This document shows positions 1-12,871 of a DNA stretch of 64,000 nt, one piece after another. Location of the stretch: contig CM007991.1 in assembly GCA_002189035.1 (NCBI GenBank), positions 1,612,001 to 1,676,000 on the forward strand. Direction: 5' to 3'. A program made the position numbers and the translations under genes. The notes beneath the pieces were generated by a model, which was not told the DNA's origin, searched no databases, and worked only from the letters and a program-made list of their open reading frames with translations. Numbering within the stretch: position 1 is the stretch's first letter; each line of letters begins with the position of its first letter. The DNA is from Utricularia gibba. Its lineage: Eukaryota > Plantae > Magnoliophyta.

Positions 1-1
1 G

Positions 2-238
2 AAGCTGCTGCTACAGGGACACGGTGTCAGCCCTTTGATCTTTGAAGTCGATGAGAAGAAGGAAGGTGGCGTTGCTTCTGAACTCTCGACGATCGGCGGG
101 TTGGGACGACAACCGCCGCGGCTCCCGGTGGTGTTCGTCGGCGGCGAGATGTTCGGTGGACTCGAAGAACTCATGGCCGCTCATATTTCCGGCGAACTCG
201 TGCCCAAGTTGAGACAAGCCAAAGCTTTGTGGCTTTAG
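2..238 (+). CDS. CC-type (ROXY-class) glutaredoxin, C-terminal part; 5' end lies outside the window
   Basis: Frame open from position 2: KLLLQGHGVSPLIFEVDE...LPVVFVGGEMFGGLEELMAAHISGELVPKLRQAKALWL*. The C-terminal ALWL motif and the LPxVFxGG segment are typical of CC-type GRX. The active site is not visible. Confidence 0.9.
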   Translation, partial: KLLLQGHGVSPLIFEVDEKKEGGVASELSTIGGLGRQPPRLPVVFVGGEMFGGLEELMAAHISGELVPKLRQAKALWL

Positions 239-1434
239 AGAAATAACTTTTTCACACTCCGGCGCCACAGCGCACCGCCATCTCCGATGATGATGAAAAC
301 CAATTAATTTCCTTCCAAGATACACTCTTAAGCACCACGTTATTTTCTATTTTTAAGTAATCTATATATATATAAATATATAATTCTATATTAAATTTAT
401 ATAGTTCATTTTATTTGAAAACAAATCAACACAATATTCTTATCGTAATTTGAAAACATGTTCACGGATTCATTTGGTACGACATTGATTAGTTAACAGG
501 TTGTTCGAAAAAGACAGGTGTGCGCCTGTGCGGTCGGTGGAGTGGGTCCCAAAGGATGAGGCGCATCACACCCATTGTCAAATTACTTTTAACCCCCTAA
601 TGGGCCGGGAATAGAGTGGCCCAGTAATCCCCTCTGCCGGCGGCCCAGCTTCCAATACTAAAAGCCGAATAGAGTCCTCTTTCTTATCCCCGTCCAACAC
701 ATATGGACACTTCCCTTAATTGGGCCAAGCCTTTTTCTCTTGATGAAATATAAATTGGGATTCTGAAATTTTTTTAAAAATAAGGACAATTTCTATTTAT
801 TTTTTATTTTTATTTAGTTGTATCACGTTGACTTCTGTGTCCAAGAGTGCTTTCTGTGTGGCGCATAATTGGGAATGCGTTGAGGAACCTCACTTGGGTA
901 TTCTCCCCAAATACAACACATGGTTGGTTGTGGGTTTTAGGAGTTGATGGTAACCCATCATGTGGGATGGCGCCCACTGCCCAGCAGTGCGAGTAGTGAG
1001 TGATGGGGATTTCAAAATAGCCCGGCAGTTGATCGGCATAAATTCGACGAGTGGCTTCCGTGTGTGTCCTGCCGACTAGGAACCCCTCCCTATCGTCTTC
1101 CACTCCTCGCCAAAGGAAAACAAGCACAGGAATTCAGACTCCCTCCCCAATTTCACGTTTTCCCATTTCCGTGGCACGAGCTGATCAAATCACCCTTCCT
1201 TCTTGCAGTCTCTGGAAAGTGGAAACTCGAATGGGTGAGAATGAAGCAGTACTGCAGCCGGGGATGTGGATTTCTGCTGCCTATCGCTGGTCCCAGTACC
1301 AGTCCTAGTGATGATGATTTGTGAGGCGAGGTTGGGGTGGGTGGGCCTGTTGGCCCATTTCTGCACTGCACCTAGTGTGCTTTGGCCCACTCCATTCATT
1401 AAATGCCTCGAATATGAACTGAACCCCCATCCCG

Positions 1435-1452
1435 CCCCCCCCCCCCCCCCCC
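1435..1452. repeat. Poly-C tract (18 C)
   Basis: Read directly; followed by a short (ATT)n run. Confidence 0.9.
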
Positions 1453-2059
1453 ATTCATTATTATTATTATTAATAATAAATTGAGGATTATCATCATTCT
1501 CTCTCTTATAGAAAAAACGATGAACAATTTATATGATTAGTTGTTGGTTTCCGTCTTCTATCGTAAAAATTTCGTCACCTAAAACGATTGGATCATGATT
1601 TTTTGATCATTTGAAAAAACAATAATTAAGCTGATTATTCGTGAATTGCTATGGATTAGGACAACTATACCCCTCAAAATATTCATAGGACAAGTAAATA
1701 TGTGGGGACAAGATAAGCGTAATGTCCCACGAGTAAGAAAATGTCTTAATCTAGCTACACAAGTGTCCCACGTGACACATAATGTTGTGTTAACCACCGA
1801 CCCCACAGGGCACGGACTTGTGTCTTATTTTCTTAGAAATGTAATTACTAAAATACGTGGAAATGGAACACGACATAGTTTGCGGCGAAATTGGAATGCA
1901 TTAAATTCGAATCTAAATTCATCATTATAATAATACAAAAAACGAATAAAAGGTAATTTTTGATTTTATTCCTTTCGGTGTAGTGAAAGGGGTGGAAGTT
2001 TTGTATAAAGCCGCGGAAGCCCCTCTCGAACCAGCTGCAAAAGAATCTCCTCTCTCGTC

Positions 2060-2803
2060 ATGGCTTCTTCCTCGGTCTTCCTCTGCTCGGCGCTGCTTCT
2101 CCTCTTCGCTCTCCAGCCTCACGCTAGAGACACTCAAGACTTTACTAAGCTCTCTTCTTCCGTCTACGGCGACGGTGTCGCGGCGGAGACCTCCAAGGAT
2201 CAATACGAAAACATCCCACAGAGATCGGATCCGGTTTTCCAGCAGGAGAACCAGAACGCCTACGGCCTCTTCAGCCGAAACCGTGAAGCCGTGAAAGAAC
2301 CCGCCGCTACGGGAGTTGATTTCCGCCGGTACCTCCCTAAAAACTACAACCCCGTTGCGTATGTTACCCAGCCCGAAGGTTTCAAGGAGCGGGACGAGGT
2401 CCAGGGGAAGGAGAAATACTACGCCGTCGGTGAGGGTGAAGATTCCAGCGAGAATCCATCGAAATACCACCATGAAAGCTACACCATCGGCAACGAGGAC
2501 GTCGGCCATGGTTCCTTTTTCGGTACCGGAAGCCGCTCCAACGGCCTGAGCTCCACCTCCCTGAGAGGTGGCGGTGGCGACGCCGCTTTCTTCCCCACCC
2601 GCAGTGACCGGTTTCCTCAGGGAATGAGCGATACCCGGGCAGTGGAAAACGGGAGGTATTTCTACGATGTCAACAGTGAGAAATTCAACGGAAACCATCC
2701 GTACGAGACGATGAAGCAGCGCGGCTCTAACGGGTATTTTGTGGGTAACCGGAGAAGCTACGGGGTTGCCGGAGAAGGTTATCAGTACGGTAGCTGGCCA
2801 TGA
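2060..2803 (+). CDS. Protein E6-like (cotton fibre E6 family), secreted, single exon
   Basis: 247-aa ATG ORF with a hydrophobic signal peptide (MASSSVFLCSALLLLFALQPHAR) and E6-family-like motifs ENQNAYGLF, RYLPKNYNPVAYVTQP and QGMSDTRAVENGRYFYDV. TATA-like TATAAA at about 2004. Confidence 0.8.
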   Translation: MASSSVFLCSALLLLFALQPHARDTQDFTKLSSSVYGDGVAAETSKDQYENIPQRSDPVFQQENQNAYGLFSRNREAVKEPAATGVDFRRYLPKNYNPVAYVTQPEGFKERDEVQGKEKYYAVGEGEDSSENPSKYHHESYTIGNEDVGHGSFFGTGSRSNGLSSTSLRGGGGDAAFFPTRSDRFPQGMSDTRAVENGRYFYDVNSEKFNGNHPYETMKQRGSNGYFVGNRRSYGVAGEGYQYGSWP

Positions 2804-3878
2804 AATGAAAAGAGTTCATCATCTCGTACAAGCCGCCGTGGGATGATGATACACCTTGCGTGTGTTCCTCTCCGGGAGGTGAGTTCCCAAGCTCACCCCT
2901 CTGCTATTAACCATAAATCTTGAAATATTAATTAAATTAAATACTTCCCAAAAAAGTAAAAACCACACAAAAACTGTCAAACGCATAAAATAAACACACA
3001 CGGTTACGAACTCCTTAAATGACCTGCACCTGTCCAACGTCTTTTCAAATTATAAGGAGAAACCGACCCGAGTTAAACGCAATTAAATGACGAAAAATAA
3101 GCTACGGCGTCGTGTTGGGCGTAGAAGAAACAATTAGGTGGGTGCAATTGTAATGCATGAAGCTTATTGATGATGATGCCTTCAATAGATTTCGCGAAGG
3201 GTGTCTGCAAGTTTTCTTCCTCAGGCTTTACAGCGGAGCCAACACCTTTGAAGTAAATGCTTTCCAACACCTTTTAGGGGAAGCCTACACCCTGGTGCCC
3301 TTTGCCGCAAATGGTTAGAAGTAAGAGCTTTCTGATGAATGCAGTAATAGCTTCCAAGTCAATCAATCTCTTTTGAGGTACTTTGATCATCTATCTGCTG
3401 CTAAGGGGTCACCTCAAACCTCAACTGCATCAGAGATTCACAAAGAGTGCAGCAGCAAGGCTTCCACAGAAGTCTAATATGAGCGTCAGTCATTGTAATC
3501 ATGCATGTCAAAACGAGTTCCTAGACTCAGTTAATTGAGCTGATCTTTTCCAATTCACCGGCGTTCAATCTGCTCTTTTGTTCTATTAACTTGAGCAGTT
3601 TGGAAACGGAATGCCGTTGCATTCATTGATTCCATTCTAGCACACATCGTAATAGAGCAATAATGATCCCATCTGGGAGTGGAAGGTCGACTGAAAGCAA
3701 GATGTTTATGTTAGTTGATAAGGTCATGAACAATGGTAGAAGCAGTCCCTTGAGTAACGTGGGACGATCTGTAATACTATAGAAAAATAAATATGCCTAA
3801 TGGAATGAGAAGAGGGTGCCTAGAAGCGCTTACAATTTCACCATTTCTCTGAGATGTCTTTCATCCCTCGCAACAGCA

Positions 3879-6518
3879 CTATGCAGCAGTCTGGGGACTT
3901 CTCATGTAGCCTAAAACCTGAAGATCAAGAGTATTGATGGTGTCATCGACTTGAGTAGAGGTAGGTAACTAAGGGAAGCGTTTTCATCCAATACCAGTGC
4001 TGGCAGCATTAGTCTTGCACGAATCTCTTCCAGTGTTTCGTGCTCCTTTGGCAAGTGCAGTGCGCTTGAGTTGAGATCTGAAAGGGGGAGCTGCTCCTTA
4101 AAGTTGTTTGAGATGTTGATCGGATGCATGTCTTTTACGATCAGCATCTGAATTTCATTCGCTTCGATGGATGTTTGAATCGCAACAAACTGCAATGGAT
4201 GAAGTTTTAGTGTCAATACAGATAAAATCGATAATGTTGGTTGTAGCATGTACGAAATGTAGAGATTGCAAATGGACCTGGGCAAGGTGTCTGACTGATG
4301 ATGCTGTGCTGCAGCAAACGTAGGGGCGCTTCAAGGTTGGCATGTTCATGTCCAAGGAAATAAGCGTGAGACTGATTTTTGACTGAAAATATAGGATAAG
4401 AGAAGGATTAACGTTCAGTGTAAAACGCAAAACAAGGAGCAATAAATATACATGAAGATATGTTGCATACCGCATCACCATTTATATTTGCGCTCTGTAG
4501 ATTGTTGATGAGTTTTGCCATCCGAATATGCCTTGAGATCTTGCCGTTGGTCCAACTGTGGCCACCATGCCGATTTTTGCGACGTGGCCCATGTCTTCCC
4601 CACGCCCCAAGAACTTGTCTGTAAAGCTCTAAATCATTATCATCACAAACACCATCTGCATTGACGGATGTCCGAGAGCTACCACGTTTGGATCGACCTG
4701 ATCTGGGTTCAGGGGAGTGCTCATCAGCTGAGGACGAGTCTCTGTTACCATCATTCCCAGTAACACCTTCCTCTTCGTCTGATTCGCTGCGTCCAATGGG
4801 GTGATGGTTTCTACGACCTCGTGTCTTATGATAACTGCTATGTCTTTTAGAACATGTGGCTGTAGCTCTGACTGAAGCTCGTCGTTTCCCCAATGCATCT
4901 GCTTGACGACGAAAAGTTTGAGCAATCACAGCTTGAATCTACACCAAACAGAAACTGTAAGCAAAAAACCTAAAGCAAAGCTTTCCTTGGAGAACAACCA
5001 TGAAGTCAAAAATTTAAAACACCCACTACCATTTTAGCTATCGTATACCTACCTTTTCATTTCGAGCATTCTCCTCTTCATTGAAAATCAATTCCTGAGG
5101 ACAATAAGCAGACAGTATTAACCAAGAAAAATAGCTTGAGTGGCAAAATGAAGAGGAAAGGACAATGCGTATGTAAGAGCACACTTACTTCTTCCTCATA
5201 TTTATCAATGTCAGGATACAAGGCAGAGATAAGAGCATCATAATTCGGATCATCCCTTAAAGAGCGACGACTCGCACAATGTGTGCGGCATGCAGGACAT
5301 TCATTGTTCCTAAATAGATTAAGAAAATTGAAGGAAAAAAGCCATGATTAAAAAAATCAGCTTGTCAATGGAAGGTAAACGAATTACCCGAGACGCATGG
5401 ATTTGTCGATACATTCTCGGCAAAAACGATGCAAGCACTCCATGACAGTTCTTGTTTTCCTAATAATTCCTGCCAAACAATAAATTTAACAGAAATGATC
5501 AACATGAAAATAGCAAGCAATAGCCAAGAGGCCACAAAAAAATAATCATTTTCAAGCCATTAAGATGGTGATCATTGAGCTCCTTTTCCACGGATGGAGA
5601 ATCCGGCTCCGGTATCCAAGTGCTGTTTTTTGCTGAATCTCCGGTCAAAAAGTGAAAGACATACCCAAACATATTGGACATTGAACTTCCTTCCGCACTT
5701 CAGCCAGCTTCACAACAATATATCTACATTAACAGCAGGTGGTTTTGGTTAGTTAGTCTTCATTCCGACCTCAATCTATTGATCTCGGGATTTTCATCTA
5801 ACTTAAACAAAAAATTGTAAATGGAGCATGAGAGTCTGGCTAGCAAGTTCCAGGTTAATGAATGCAGTTCCCTGTTGATTTGCAAGGATTACGTAGTCTC
5901 TATGTAGAATAAAGTCGAAACGCATGCATCCAGCATTAAGTTGAAAAAACCCTAGGCCTAAACGAGAATCATGCTTCATACAGCTTTACAAGTCAACAAG
6001 AGCCAATGTAGCAGCAGCAATGAGAGCTCACAGAAAATCCTATGAAGCTTTTCCGGAATGAAATTCAAATAGAAATCATACTAAATGGTCACACGGATCT
6101 GATGACCCAATTAATCGTTTCACACATTACCTATTATGGGAAGGGAAAAGAAAACTTACTCGTCATTTTCACCATTTTCAGTGCTACAAGTAGAACTCCC
6201 CTCAGACTCTGAGAATCGTACACACCAAAGTAAATAAGGGAAAACAACAAAAGGAACAGGCAGCCGAAAATAAGCAATAACAAATCATCCGACCACAAAA
6301 AAACGCTCGTCAAAGCTCAAGTAAGTCGCAAACGGAAATAGCGCTAGACGCAACCATGCAGTAGACGCATATACACACGCACCGCTCATGTCGACAAGTC
6401 TCTCCTGCTCGTGATTGTCGCACCCACGGTTGTTACCATCGGGAATCTCCTCCTCCAACGCCGGAACAGGAGAATGAGGCGACGCGGAGGAATCGCCACC
6501 GCGCTTGTGAACAGGCAT
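3879..6518 (-). CDS. RING1: PRC1 E3 ubiquitin ligase RING1a-like (RING finger plus RAWUL domain), multi-exon
   Basis: Exons read by hand give MPVHKR..., [13 protein letters not shown]|[27 protein letters not shown]|[52 protein letters not shown] and a RAWUL-like LKRPYVCCS segment. GT-AG sites are consistent. Stop TAG at 3879-3881 assumes a short last exon [12 protein letters not shown]. Confidence 0.9.
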
Positions 6519-7321
6519 TTCGTCGCCTATGGCAGCGGTGAGGACGAGGGAGAAGAGTCAATTACGCGAAAAGGAGAACGCAATTGGCGCGGCCGCAGAC
6601 CGCCGAATCGTTCCACAACTTCCAGGTTCTCGTAGAAGAAACTTTCCGCTCCCGCACCAAAAATAGGCATTATTTACTCATTTTATTAATATTTTTTTCC
6701 CCAGCAAAATATATTTTTAGTATTTTTAATACAATTCAGTATCACAACCTGCTTCATTTGGGCTGATCTAACTACTTCTTTTCCCCCAGCTCCCCGGCCC
6801 AATAAGCAACCCACTCACGAAGTGCCGCGTGGCATGCGGCTATTGGCTATTCGAAGACACCAAATCTGCGTCATGTGAGCAAGTAAAGTCCATTGCCTTG
6901 GTTTTTAATTTAGGCATGTTCGCAGCAAAGCTCGGACACGCGAGTCCGATGATGGAGACACGCTCCCGTCAAAGCTGGTCGACGCCTAGTCTAAGAATGC
7001 AATAAAAACCAAATTTCTGGGTGTAAATGAAATAGCCAAATTATTTTGTCTCCACTTTATAATTTCGATAGTTAATTTATTGAACCACCTACGACCTTAA
7101 TTATGGTTCACATTAATACCCGTAAAGCTTGGTAACAAAACTAAACTCCAGTATTATATTTTTGCTTTCACTTTTTTTTTCCCTAGATCAATGAGTTGTA
7201 TTATTATGAGTTTTTTTATTATTTTTTAAATATTTTTTTAAAAAGTAATGTGATAATCAGAATCCCCTTTTGTTTGCATTTATGGATTACTAAGAAGCGA
7301 ACAACAACAATGGGAAAAAGA

Positions 7322-7864
7322 TCAGGGAGCTATTGGTGAAGTAACAGGGAAAAGGGGCAAAAGCCGGGGCTCCGAATCTCTAGGGGTATTCACCGGCGAC
7401 GGATGCAGATAAAACCCCTTCTCTCTAATCGCTTTATCCTCCGCCGCTAAATCCAGCTGACCCGCCGTCCGATTGAACGGATCCGGGATCAACGGCGTGA
7501 CTGGGCTGAGCGACAGCGACGGGAAATCGAGAACACTGGGAGAAAGCGCTTCCCCGCGGAAAGACCCGGACCAGGTTGCCGGCCCCGGGGTGCTAATCTT
7601 GAAGCTCTTGTGCGCGTTTCTTCGCTCGTAGAGCTTGGGACACGAATTCTCCTTCATGTCGGATTCGGGAACCCGAACACCGCGACCCGCGTCGGAGGAA
7701 CCGGTGAGCATTTGAACCACGTGCTTGAAGGCGGAGGAGTCCGCCTGGACGAAGGTGGTCGGGTAGGCGGTGGTGAGCTTGGATCTGAAGTCGGGTGACG
7801 CCGGCGACGGCGGCGTGAGGTGGCTCATCGCGATCGGGGTTCGCGCTACCGCCGGGACCTCCAT
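7322..7864 (-). CDS. VQ4: VQ-motif protein, VQ4/MVQ1-like, single exon
   Basis: 180-aa ORF with TTFVQADSSAFKHVVQMLTG (FxxxVQxLTG motif) and the clade-typical LSPSVLDFPSLSLSPVTPL and LHPSP...EPRLLPLFPVTSP segments. Confidence 0.9.
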   Translation of the reverse strand: MEVPAVARTPIAMSHLTPPSPASPDFRSKLTTAYPTTFVQADSSAFKHVVQMLTGSSDAGRGVRVPESDMKENSCPKLYERRNAHKSFKISTPGPATWSGSFRGEALSPSVLDFPSLSLSPVTPLIPDPFNRTAGQLDLAAEDKAIREKGFYLHPSPVNTPRDSEPRLLPLFPVTSPIAP

Positions 7865-8531
7865 ACGCGTCTCTTGACCTGCCAGAGCGAAAACGCGAAG
7901 ACAATGTATTTATAGTTGAAAGCTTACTCCCAACCTCGTCATTATTACTTTTTTTCCCTGCGCTTTTAGTTAGTTGGCGTTCCGTACCCATCTCACATCT
8001 GGAAGATGAAAAACAACGCCGCGTGGGATTCACGCGAGCAACACCATCTAATAAAATTATTTTTATCGAAAATAATAATTTATAAAAAGAATGCCAAATT
8101 TGTGTTAAAAAAAATTAACATGGTACCAAGAGGTGATTAACAATAATAAGGCTGTGGAGTGCACGCGCGAGTGGTGGTCAAAGCGAGAGGGGCAAAGAAG
8201 TCAAAAAGTCCAAGGGGCGGTGTTTAAATGCGGGCAGTGGAATAACGGATGAATGATGACAAGAGAGGACGTTGTCAAACCATTTTTCTTTGGTTCACAC
8301 GCGCCTTCTATTTCAAACACATTTATTTGCTCTCAAAATTAATTATATATTATTTACAACTGTGTTCAACGTATTTGTTCCTTTCATAAAAATCGTACTA
8401 TTTTTGACTACTTCAACAATCATTAATAATGATTAAAAAAATAAAATACAGAAAATATGATCATGTTAAAATCAAGGGATGTTGATTTAAAATACGTGTC
8501 ACATTATTATTGGTCGAAATCGGGATTGACT
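7865..8531. promoter_or_regulatory. W-box and CGCG-box cluster upstream of the VQ gene
   Basis: TTGAC(C/T) or its reverse complement at 7874, 8176, 8199, 8404 and 8526; CGCG cores at 7865 (ACGCGT), about 8019, about 8032 and about 8163. Confidence 0.45.
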
Positions 8532-8999
8532 TGAGCGGGGGTCACCACCCCCTCCCCATCTAATTATTGGTCTACGTTAAGTTTCATCTTTTCGTTGAAA
8601 ATAGTACATTGAATTGGCGAGCCTCCGATTCAGGTGCAGTCTCCTGCCCTTCAAACTCACACCCGACCTAAACGAGACCGGACCGTAGGGCATTTCATTT
8701 GTACGGCGCACCCTCATCCTTGAGTTTAGAGATGGATATAACCGCGCTCCTTTGATAAAATCACTTTTTCCCATGAACTGCAAGGCCAAAAAGGAAACAA
8801 GGTAAAGAAAGCATCTACCAAACACTAGCAATTTCAAGATTCCATCCCTTCAGGCCAAGAACTCAACTCCTGAAACGTTTTTTTCAAAGAAACTGATCTA
8901 GCAATTCACTCGCATATGGAAACACAGGGAGGAAAGCTTATTTTCAGATTACAGAAAGCGTCTACTGGTCAGTCTACGTCGAACAGCTCTTGAGAAGTA

Positions 9000-10893
9000 T
9001 CACAGGAACTTTGGATTGGCTCTTGGAGGTGTCTTGTTGCTTGCTCCCAGCTTTTGATTGTAGTGAAACTGACCCTTCAGGATATCCTGGAGAATGGATT
9101 TTGGAACGAGGTCCAGGCTTCCATCACGAGAAAACCGAGACTCCAACTCCTCCAGAACCTTGACAATCTGCTGAAACTCGGGCCTTCTCTCGGGTCGAGA
9201 TGACCAACATTGTTCGATCAGGATTTTCATGACCGGAGGGCAGTGTGGAGGCACAACAGGTCTTAACTTCTGCGCAACATGACAAAGGTTTAGTAGAGGG
9301 AAACAGGAAGCATGATCAAGTGCACTACACTGTCAGGATTACAATCAGCAATTAAGGAAAGCAAGTTTGAAGCTTCAGAACTCGCGGTTCCGATCCTTAG
9401 TGATGCTGTAAAGTAGTATGTGTACGTGAATTATGCAAAATCACTTCATCACATCAGCGCCACCCCAAGAGTATATTCAAGATGGCAGAGTGTCGGAATT
9501 ATCTAGCAGCAAAATCAAATAACATTTATGAAAAATCATGTGACCTTGGTAACTACTGCATAGGCAGCTTGTATGGGTGTCATATCTTCATATGGAATGG
9601 TTCCGGCCACGAATTCCCATAAGATGAGACCAAACCCGTATACATCTACCTTGCGCCCATAATTCTTGTAATGTTTCCTGTCAATCATTTCTGGAGCCAT
9701 CCAGCGGTAAGTACCAGGATCATCTGAAATAACATCACACGAGTTTTCTTCACACGCTATGCCAAAGTCTGCAACTTTGAGATGGAAATCCTCAGTTATG
9801 AGTATATTTTCGGGTTTAAGATCTCGATGAATAACCCCCATTGAGTGAATATATTCCATCCCACGGGCAATCTCCAAAGCCATAGATAAAAGTTTTTGCA
9901 GGGGAAGCGGTTTCTCCTCAAGCTTGTGCAAGTATGATCTCAAAGATCCTAAAGGCAAATACTCAGTTATGATGCAAAGGACAGGTGGTTTCTGACATGC
10001 TGCCACAAACTGCATTCAATTTATTCAAAGCTATTAGTGCTAATCAAGCTTAAACATAAACCTCAAGACGCTAGGACAGATCAGTTTGTGAAATCGAATA
10101 AGACAGAATTGAATGAAATTGTTACCCTCAAAACATTTTGATGGCGGAGACGGGACAATAGCGTGACCTCCCTGGTAAACTGCTTCTCAAAGCGAGAACA
10201 CAGGGATCCATTTTCATCATCGTCTGGGAATCTGATAATCTTTACTGCAACAGGTTCCTCCTTATACTTACCTCGATAAAGTTGACTATGTGCCCCATGA
10301 GCGAATCGCAGCCCCAAGAATAACTTCGAAAGATCAACTTCAAACTGTTCGTCCAAAGTTTCTACAGAACTCACCCTCCCACCATTATGATCAAAATACT
10401 TGCTCCAGCCTGAAGACTCTTTCTGAGTCTTTGATTTGTCATTCGGTTTCAGGGAAGTGCTATGAGGAAGGGACCTTGCATTTCTTTGAAACTTCACCTC
10501 ACTCGTGGAAGACTTGGTTTCACTGAAGGACTTCGTGACCTTGGTATCCCGATTGAAAAACTTGGTAAGAGCACTTTTCTCTGAGTCTCTCCTTCTCGGA
10601 CTTGGAGTCGAGAACCTTTTCTGGTTTGAGCGCGCTTCACTGAATGTCTCTGGAAGTCTTAGTTCTGGGAGCGGCGAAACGGTCCTCACCTTGTTATTTG
10701 TAGGGTTATTGTGAACTTCAACAACATTTGACACTGACCTCTGATATGCAAGAGTTGCTTCTCTCCCAATTTTGGTCCATGACACTCTATTCGCCCGAAG
10801 AGGTAAAGAAGAGGATAACAATGAAGGATCCATGCGATGGCAAACAGTGTGAGAGAATTTAGTTCTCCTAATCCAGGAAGTAGCCTCTTCATC
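9000..10893 (-). CDS. RAF36: Raf-like group C protein kinase (HT1/Raf36-like), 3 coding exons (about 10893-10126, 10009-9539, 9270-9000)
   Basis: N-terminus MDEEATSWIRRTKFSHTVCHR as in the Raf36 clade. Kinase motifs FAHGAHSQLY, VAVK, HRDLKPEN, DFG and GTYRWMAPE are intact. Confidence 0.88.
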
Positions 10894-11452
10894 CATGGAT
10901 GACAAGTTCCAAAAGCCACTCTGACAAACAAGCAAGTTGACTACAATATTCTCCTCATACATACATCAGCCCCAAATCGCACCATATTTCCCAATCCCAT
11001 CATCAAATTATGAAGAGAGACGAATCAAAATCCTCCTCCATCAAATTTCATGGAATCCCAGATGATATATGGCGGTGTATCTTGACAATACCTCGCACAG
11101 ACACCTGGAGTACTCAAAAATCAAAACTTTTTTTCCCAATCACAATCAAATTTTACAAACGCGGTCGATCCCTCCCCTTCAGGTTCGTAGTCAAAACACA
11201 TCTGGATCCCCAAAACCGGGAAAGAAAGAAATCATCAATCACACAAACAAAAACCAACAGGGATCTCTTCCCACCAAAACAGATGACAATCAACGTATCC
11301 CCGAAATTCAGAGAAAACAGCATGCGAAGGAAGGAACACAGATTGGGAAACCAGGGCAACAAAGGATGGATGCATCAGGCGAATCCTTGCTTCCGTCCAC
11401 GATCCGCAAAGCACCCAATTTTTGTACGGCTAATGATTCTCTCCCCTCCCCT

Positions 11453-11468
11453 CCCCCCCCCCCCCCCC
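11453..11468. repeat. Poly-C tract (16 C) preceded by CTCCC units
   Basis: Read directly; lies in the probable 5' leader region of the kinase gene. Confidence 0.9.
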
Positions 11469-12863
11469 TGGAACAATTCTGGTGGAGGAGGACTAGCTAG
11501 GGCGTGCGGTGGCGTGGGCCCACTCGTTCGGAAAGTCAAGAGAGGAAACCAAGATCCGGTTAAGCGAAGCCCGGAAGAATTCAGATGTCGCCATCCGCGC
11601 GGAGCATCCGTATCCTTTCGGACACTACGGCGTCTATTATTCCTCTTCTTTTTTTTCAGGAAATTACATAAAGAATTGATGTATAAAAAATAGGAACGAC
11701 AGGTGGAAAATATATACTAATATCATAACCTTGGTTTATATATATTACAATATATACTTTACTTTATTAAATTTCATAATATAATTTTATAATATAAAAT
11801 AGTTTATAATCTCAAAATTGATTTCATGTTATATAATTTGAATCAAATATTCAAAATTCGATCTCACATTTAGTATTATTCTTCCAAAACCCATGGATGA
11901 GAACATGCATCATTTTTGTTAGAGCAAAACACTATGGACCACGACTGCATGCATCTGCCTAAAACATCGTTCATTTTATTAGAACAAAACAATATGATAT
12001 TAGAATCGGAAAGTGAAATATTAATTATATAATAAGCTATAGATTATTAATAATTAATTGAATATAATTTTTTATAATATAATTCATATTTTTTATATAC
12101 TTGAATTTCACGTCCCTTCATGTTTACTATAACTAGTTATTTTTGTTCGTCCTATTCATTAAAATTTTAATTTTAACAAGTTTCGCACCCCAAGACTCAT
12201 AATCACCCGTTAAAATTGAAGGAAAGAGGTCATCAGCGCTCTCACATTGCTATTAGACGGTATTGGAATCAAATCAGCTCATGGGTCGATTTAGTGCTTC
12301 ACGGCAAAGAGAAAGAACTCCTAATCGGAGAGTTGAAAAAAGGTGAAGAGAGGACGATATGGATCATCCATCCACCAACTGATCACACTCATTCACAGCC
12401 ACACAAGCATGCATAAAGCCACTTCTTTTTTTCTTACCCACAAGCAATGTAACGCACATCACGTTCCTGCTTTATCAAACCCACTCCATGGTTTTCATCC
12501 GAGCCTGTCTTCTTCTCCTTGTTTCTTGGTGAAGAAATTTGTGGAGTTCTACTTTAGGGAGTAATCACAATCCCAACTAGAAAGAAGCCCAATTTGGAGA
12601 AGAAGAAGAAAAGGAAGAATCAACAAGATCTGCAAAAACCAGAAACCGAAACACTAATGGACAGCATAGCAATCAGATTCCTCTTCCTCAAATTGCTCTT
12701 CTTCTGTCATTTACCCAACTCAACATTTTTTTCCATAGTTTTCAAGATTCGCGAGAAATGAATAACTTGGATAGTGGGTACTTTTTTATTTCAGAATGGA
12801 TCACAAAAGCCAAGTCCTTCTCAAAGTTCACATATTCTTATTCACCAAACAAACATAGCAGGA

Positions 12864-12871
12864 GAATATCC
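12864..12871. promoter_or_regulatory. P1BS-like element (GNATATNC) upstream of PHO2
   Basis: GAATATCC matches GNATATNC. The motif is short and also expected by chance every few kb. Confidence 0.25.

Noticed and set aside
810-1371. Several overlapping 70-105 aa ORFs between the glutaredoxin and E6 genes
   Set aside because: No recognisable motif, mostly non-ATG starts and no consistent splice pattern.
1733-1835. Imperfect inverted repeat (TAAGAAAAT...ACACAAGT versus its complement), possible MITE remnant
   Set aside because: Too short and gapped; no target-site duplication or recognisable terminal sequence.
1925-2698. 257-aa minus-strand ORF, and similar shadows at 7593-8033, 11010-11693 and 56632-57027
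   Set aside because: They are antisense or off-frame to GC-rich real genes or UTRs, use non-ATG starts in most cases and show no domains.
3073-3878. Small ORF 3073-3270 and intron-like signals downstream of RING1
   Set aside because: No homology recognised; best explained as 3' UTR or intergenic sequence.
12693-12709. TTGCTCTTCTTCTGTCA, resembling a miR156 site
   Set aside because: It needs a multi-base gap, has no hairpin partner and lies inside a pyrimidine-rich candidate intron.
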